A stretch of 17,014 nt of DNA from an uncultured archaeon (GTDB lineage Archaea; Iainarchaeota; Iainarchaeia; Iainarchaeales; CSSED10-239), in NCBI GenBank assembly GCA_964468895.1, contig CAYXWT010000005.1, forward strand, positions 1 to 17,014. The letters are read 5' to 3'. Numbering within the stretch: the stretch's first letter is position 1; the number at the start of each line of letters is the position of its first letter. Both the position numbers and the translations under genes were made by a program. Shown one piece after another: positions 16,063 through 17,014 of this stretch. Under the pieces are notes generated by a model, which saw nothing but the letters and a program-made list of their open reading frames with translations, had not been told where the DNA came from and searched no databases.

Positions 16063-17007
16063 ATGGAATATATAAAAATTAATGATATTGTTTTTGGAGA
16101 ACACATAATAAAAGAACCTGTACTTTGTGAACTAATAAAAACAAAAGCAATGAAAAGATTAAAAAATATAAGTAGTAATGGAATACCTCCAAAATATTAT
16201 TATAAAAACCAATTTAGTAGATTAGAACATTCTTTAGGTTGTTTAATTTTAAGCGAACTATTTAATGCATCTTTAGAAGAAAAAATTGCTTGTCTTCTTC
16301 ACGATGTTAATCATACTGCTTTTTCTCATATTTATGATGGTATTTTAAACAATATAGAAGAAGACTATCAAGATAAAACATTTTTTGATTTTTTAAATAA
16401 TACAACAGAAATAAAAGATATATTTCAAAAATATAAAATAGACATAAACAATTTCAAAAACTTTGAAAAATTCAGATTATTAGATAGACCAAAACCACAA
16501 ACTTGTATTGATAGATTAGATTATTGTTTAAGAGAATTTTACAATATTAAAAGAAATAAAGATTATATAAAAAACATTTTATTTAATATAAAAATAACAG
16601 ACAATAAAGAAATAATATTTAAAAATAAAAGTGCTGCAAAAGATTTTGCTGAAGCTTATTTATATTTATTCCTAAATAGATGGAATGAACCTAGAAATAT
16701 AGAAAAGCAAATATTTTTTGCAGATATACTCACAAATGCAATTTCTAAAAATATAATAAGTCATGATGATTTTAAAAAAGATGATATATATGTATTAGAC
16801 AAAATAGAAAATTGTAAAGACAAGAACATAGAAAACCAACTTAAAGAATTAAAAGAAAACACATTTGTTATTAAAAACCCAAAACAGAAAAAACTAAGAC
16901 ATGTAAATCCAAAATATCTTGATGAAAATAATAATGTTTTAGATCTAATGTCTACAGATTATAATTATAAAAATAGAATTGATACTATTTTGAAAGAATA
17001 TGAATAA
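16063..17007 (+). CDS. HD-domain metal-dependent phosphohydrolase (COG1078/dNTPase-like N-terminal region)
   Basis: 314 aa. RLEHSLGC...LLHDVNHTAFSH is the H...HD...H signature of the HD superfamily. It starts 24 nt after uvrA on the same strand. Confidence 0.75.
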   Translation: MEYIKINDIVFGEHIIKEPVLCELIKTKAMKRLKNISSNGIPPKYYYKNQFSRLEHSLGCLILSELFNASLEEKIACLLHDVNHTAFSHIYDGILNNIEEDYQDKTFFDFLNNTTEIKDIFQKYKIDINNFKNFEKFRLLDRPKPQTCIDRLDYCLREFYNIKRNKDYIKNILFNIKITDNKEIIFKNKSAAKDFAEAYLYLFLNRWNEPRNIEKQIFFADILTNAISKNIISHDDFKKDDIYVLDKIENCKDKNIENQLKELKENTFVIKNPKQKKLRHVNPKYLDENNNVLDLMSTDYNYKNRIDTILKEYE

Positions 17008-17014
17008 AAAAAAA

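Noticed and set aside
1-17014. I looked for CRISPR repeats, transposase/integrase genes, tRNA-flanked islands, toxin-antitoxin pairs and restriction or other defence cassettes.
   Set aside because: I saw no spaced direct repeats and no recombinase-like ORFs. Both tRNAs are flanked by housekeeping-type genes and composition is uniform, so nothing supports a mobile or defence island.

Overview
Very AT-rich window with G+C-rich islands only at RNA genes. It is archaeal, judged from an archaeal-type 16S 5' end plus FEN1, L40e and L41e, and it looks like a small-genome DPANN-like lineage (inference). The minus strand at the left end carries tRNA-Glu(UUC), a tiny L41e-like gene and the first ~500 nt of 16S rRNA. 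A 1-kb stretch with no ORF in the track (1256-2120) is a decayed trans-prenyl (GGPP-type) diphosphate synthase gene with 7 in-frame stops and 1 frameshift. After it come a DUF116 protein, L40e (also missed by the track), FEN1, a patatin-like hydrolase and an M50 site-2 protease. A long co-directional minus-strand block spans 12900 to 6398. It encodes a PLP fold-type III decarboxylase, a RelA/SpoT homologue (degenerate HD, intact synthetase, C-terminal TGS), agmatinase, a thioredoxin-like/DsbD-CcdA fusion membrane protein, a HIT hydrolase, tRNA-Gly(UCC) and an orphan ORF with kinase-like catalytic-loop motifs. The right end (plus strand) carries a full-length bacterial-type UvrA and an HD-domain phosphohydrolase. 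I saw no CRISPR array, transposase, integrase or obvious defence cassette. The two most notable items are the alarmone-synthetase-like gene inside an agmatine/polyamine operon in an archaeal context, and the isoprenoid synthase gene caught in decay. All homology calls are by-eye motif recognition, since no searches could be run.
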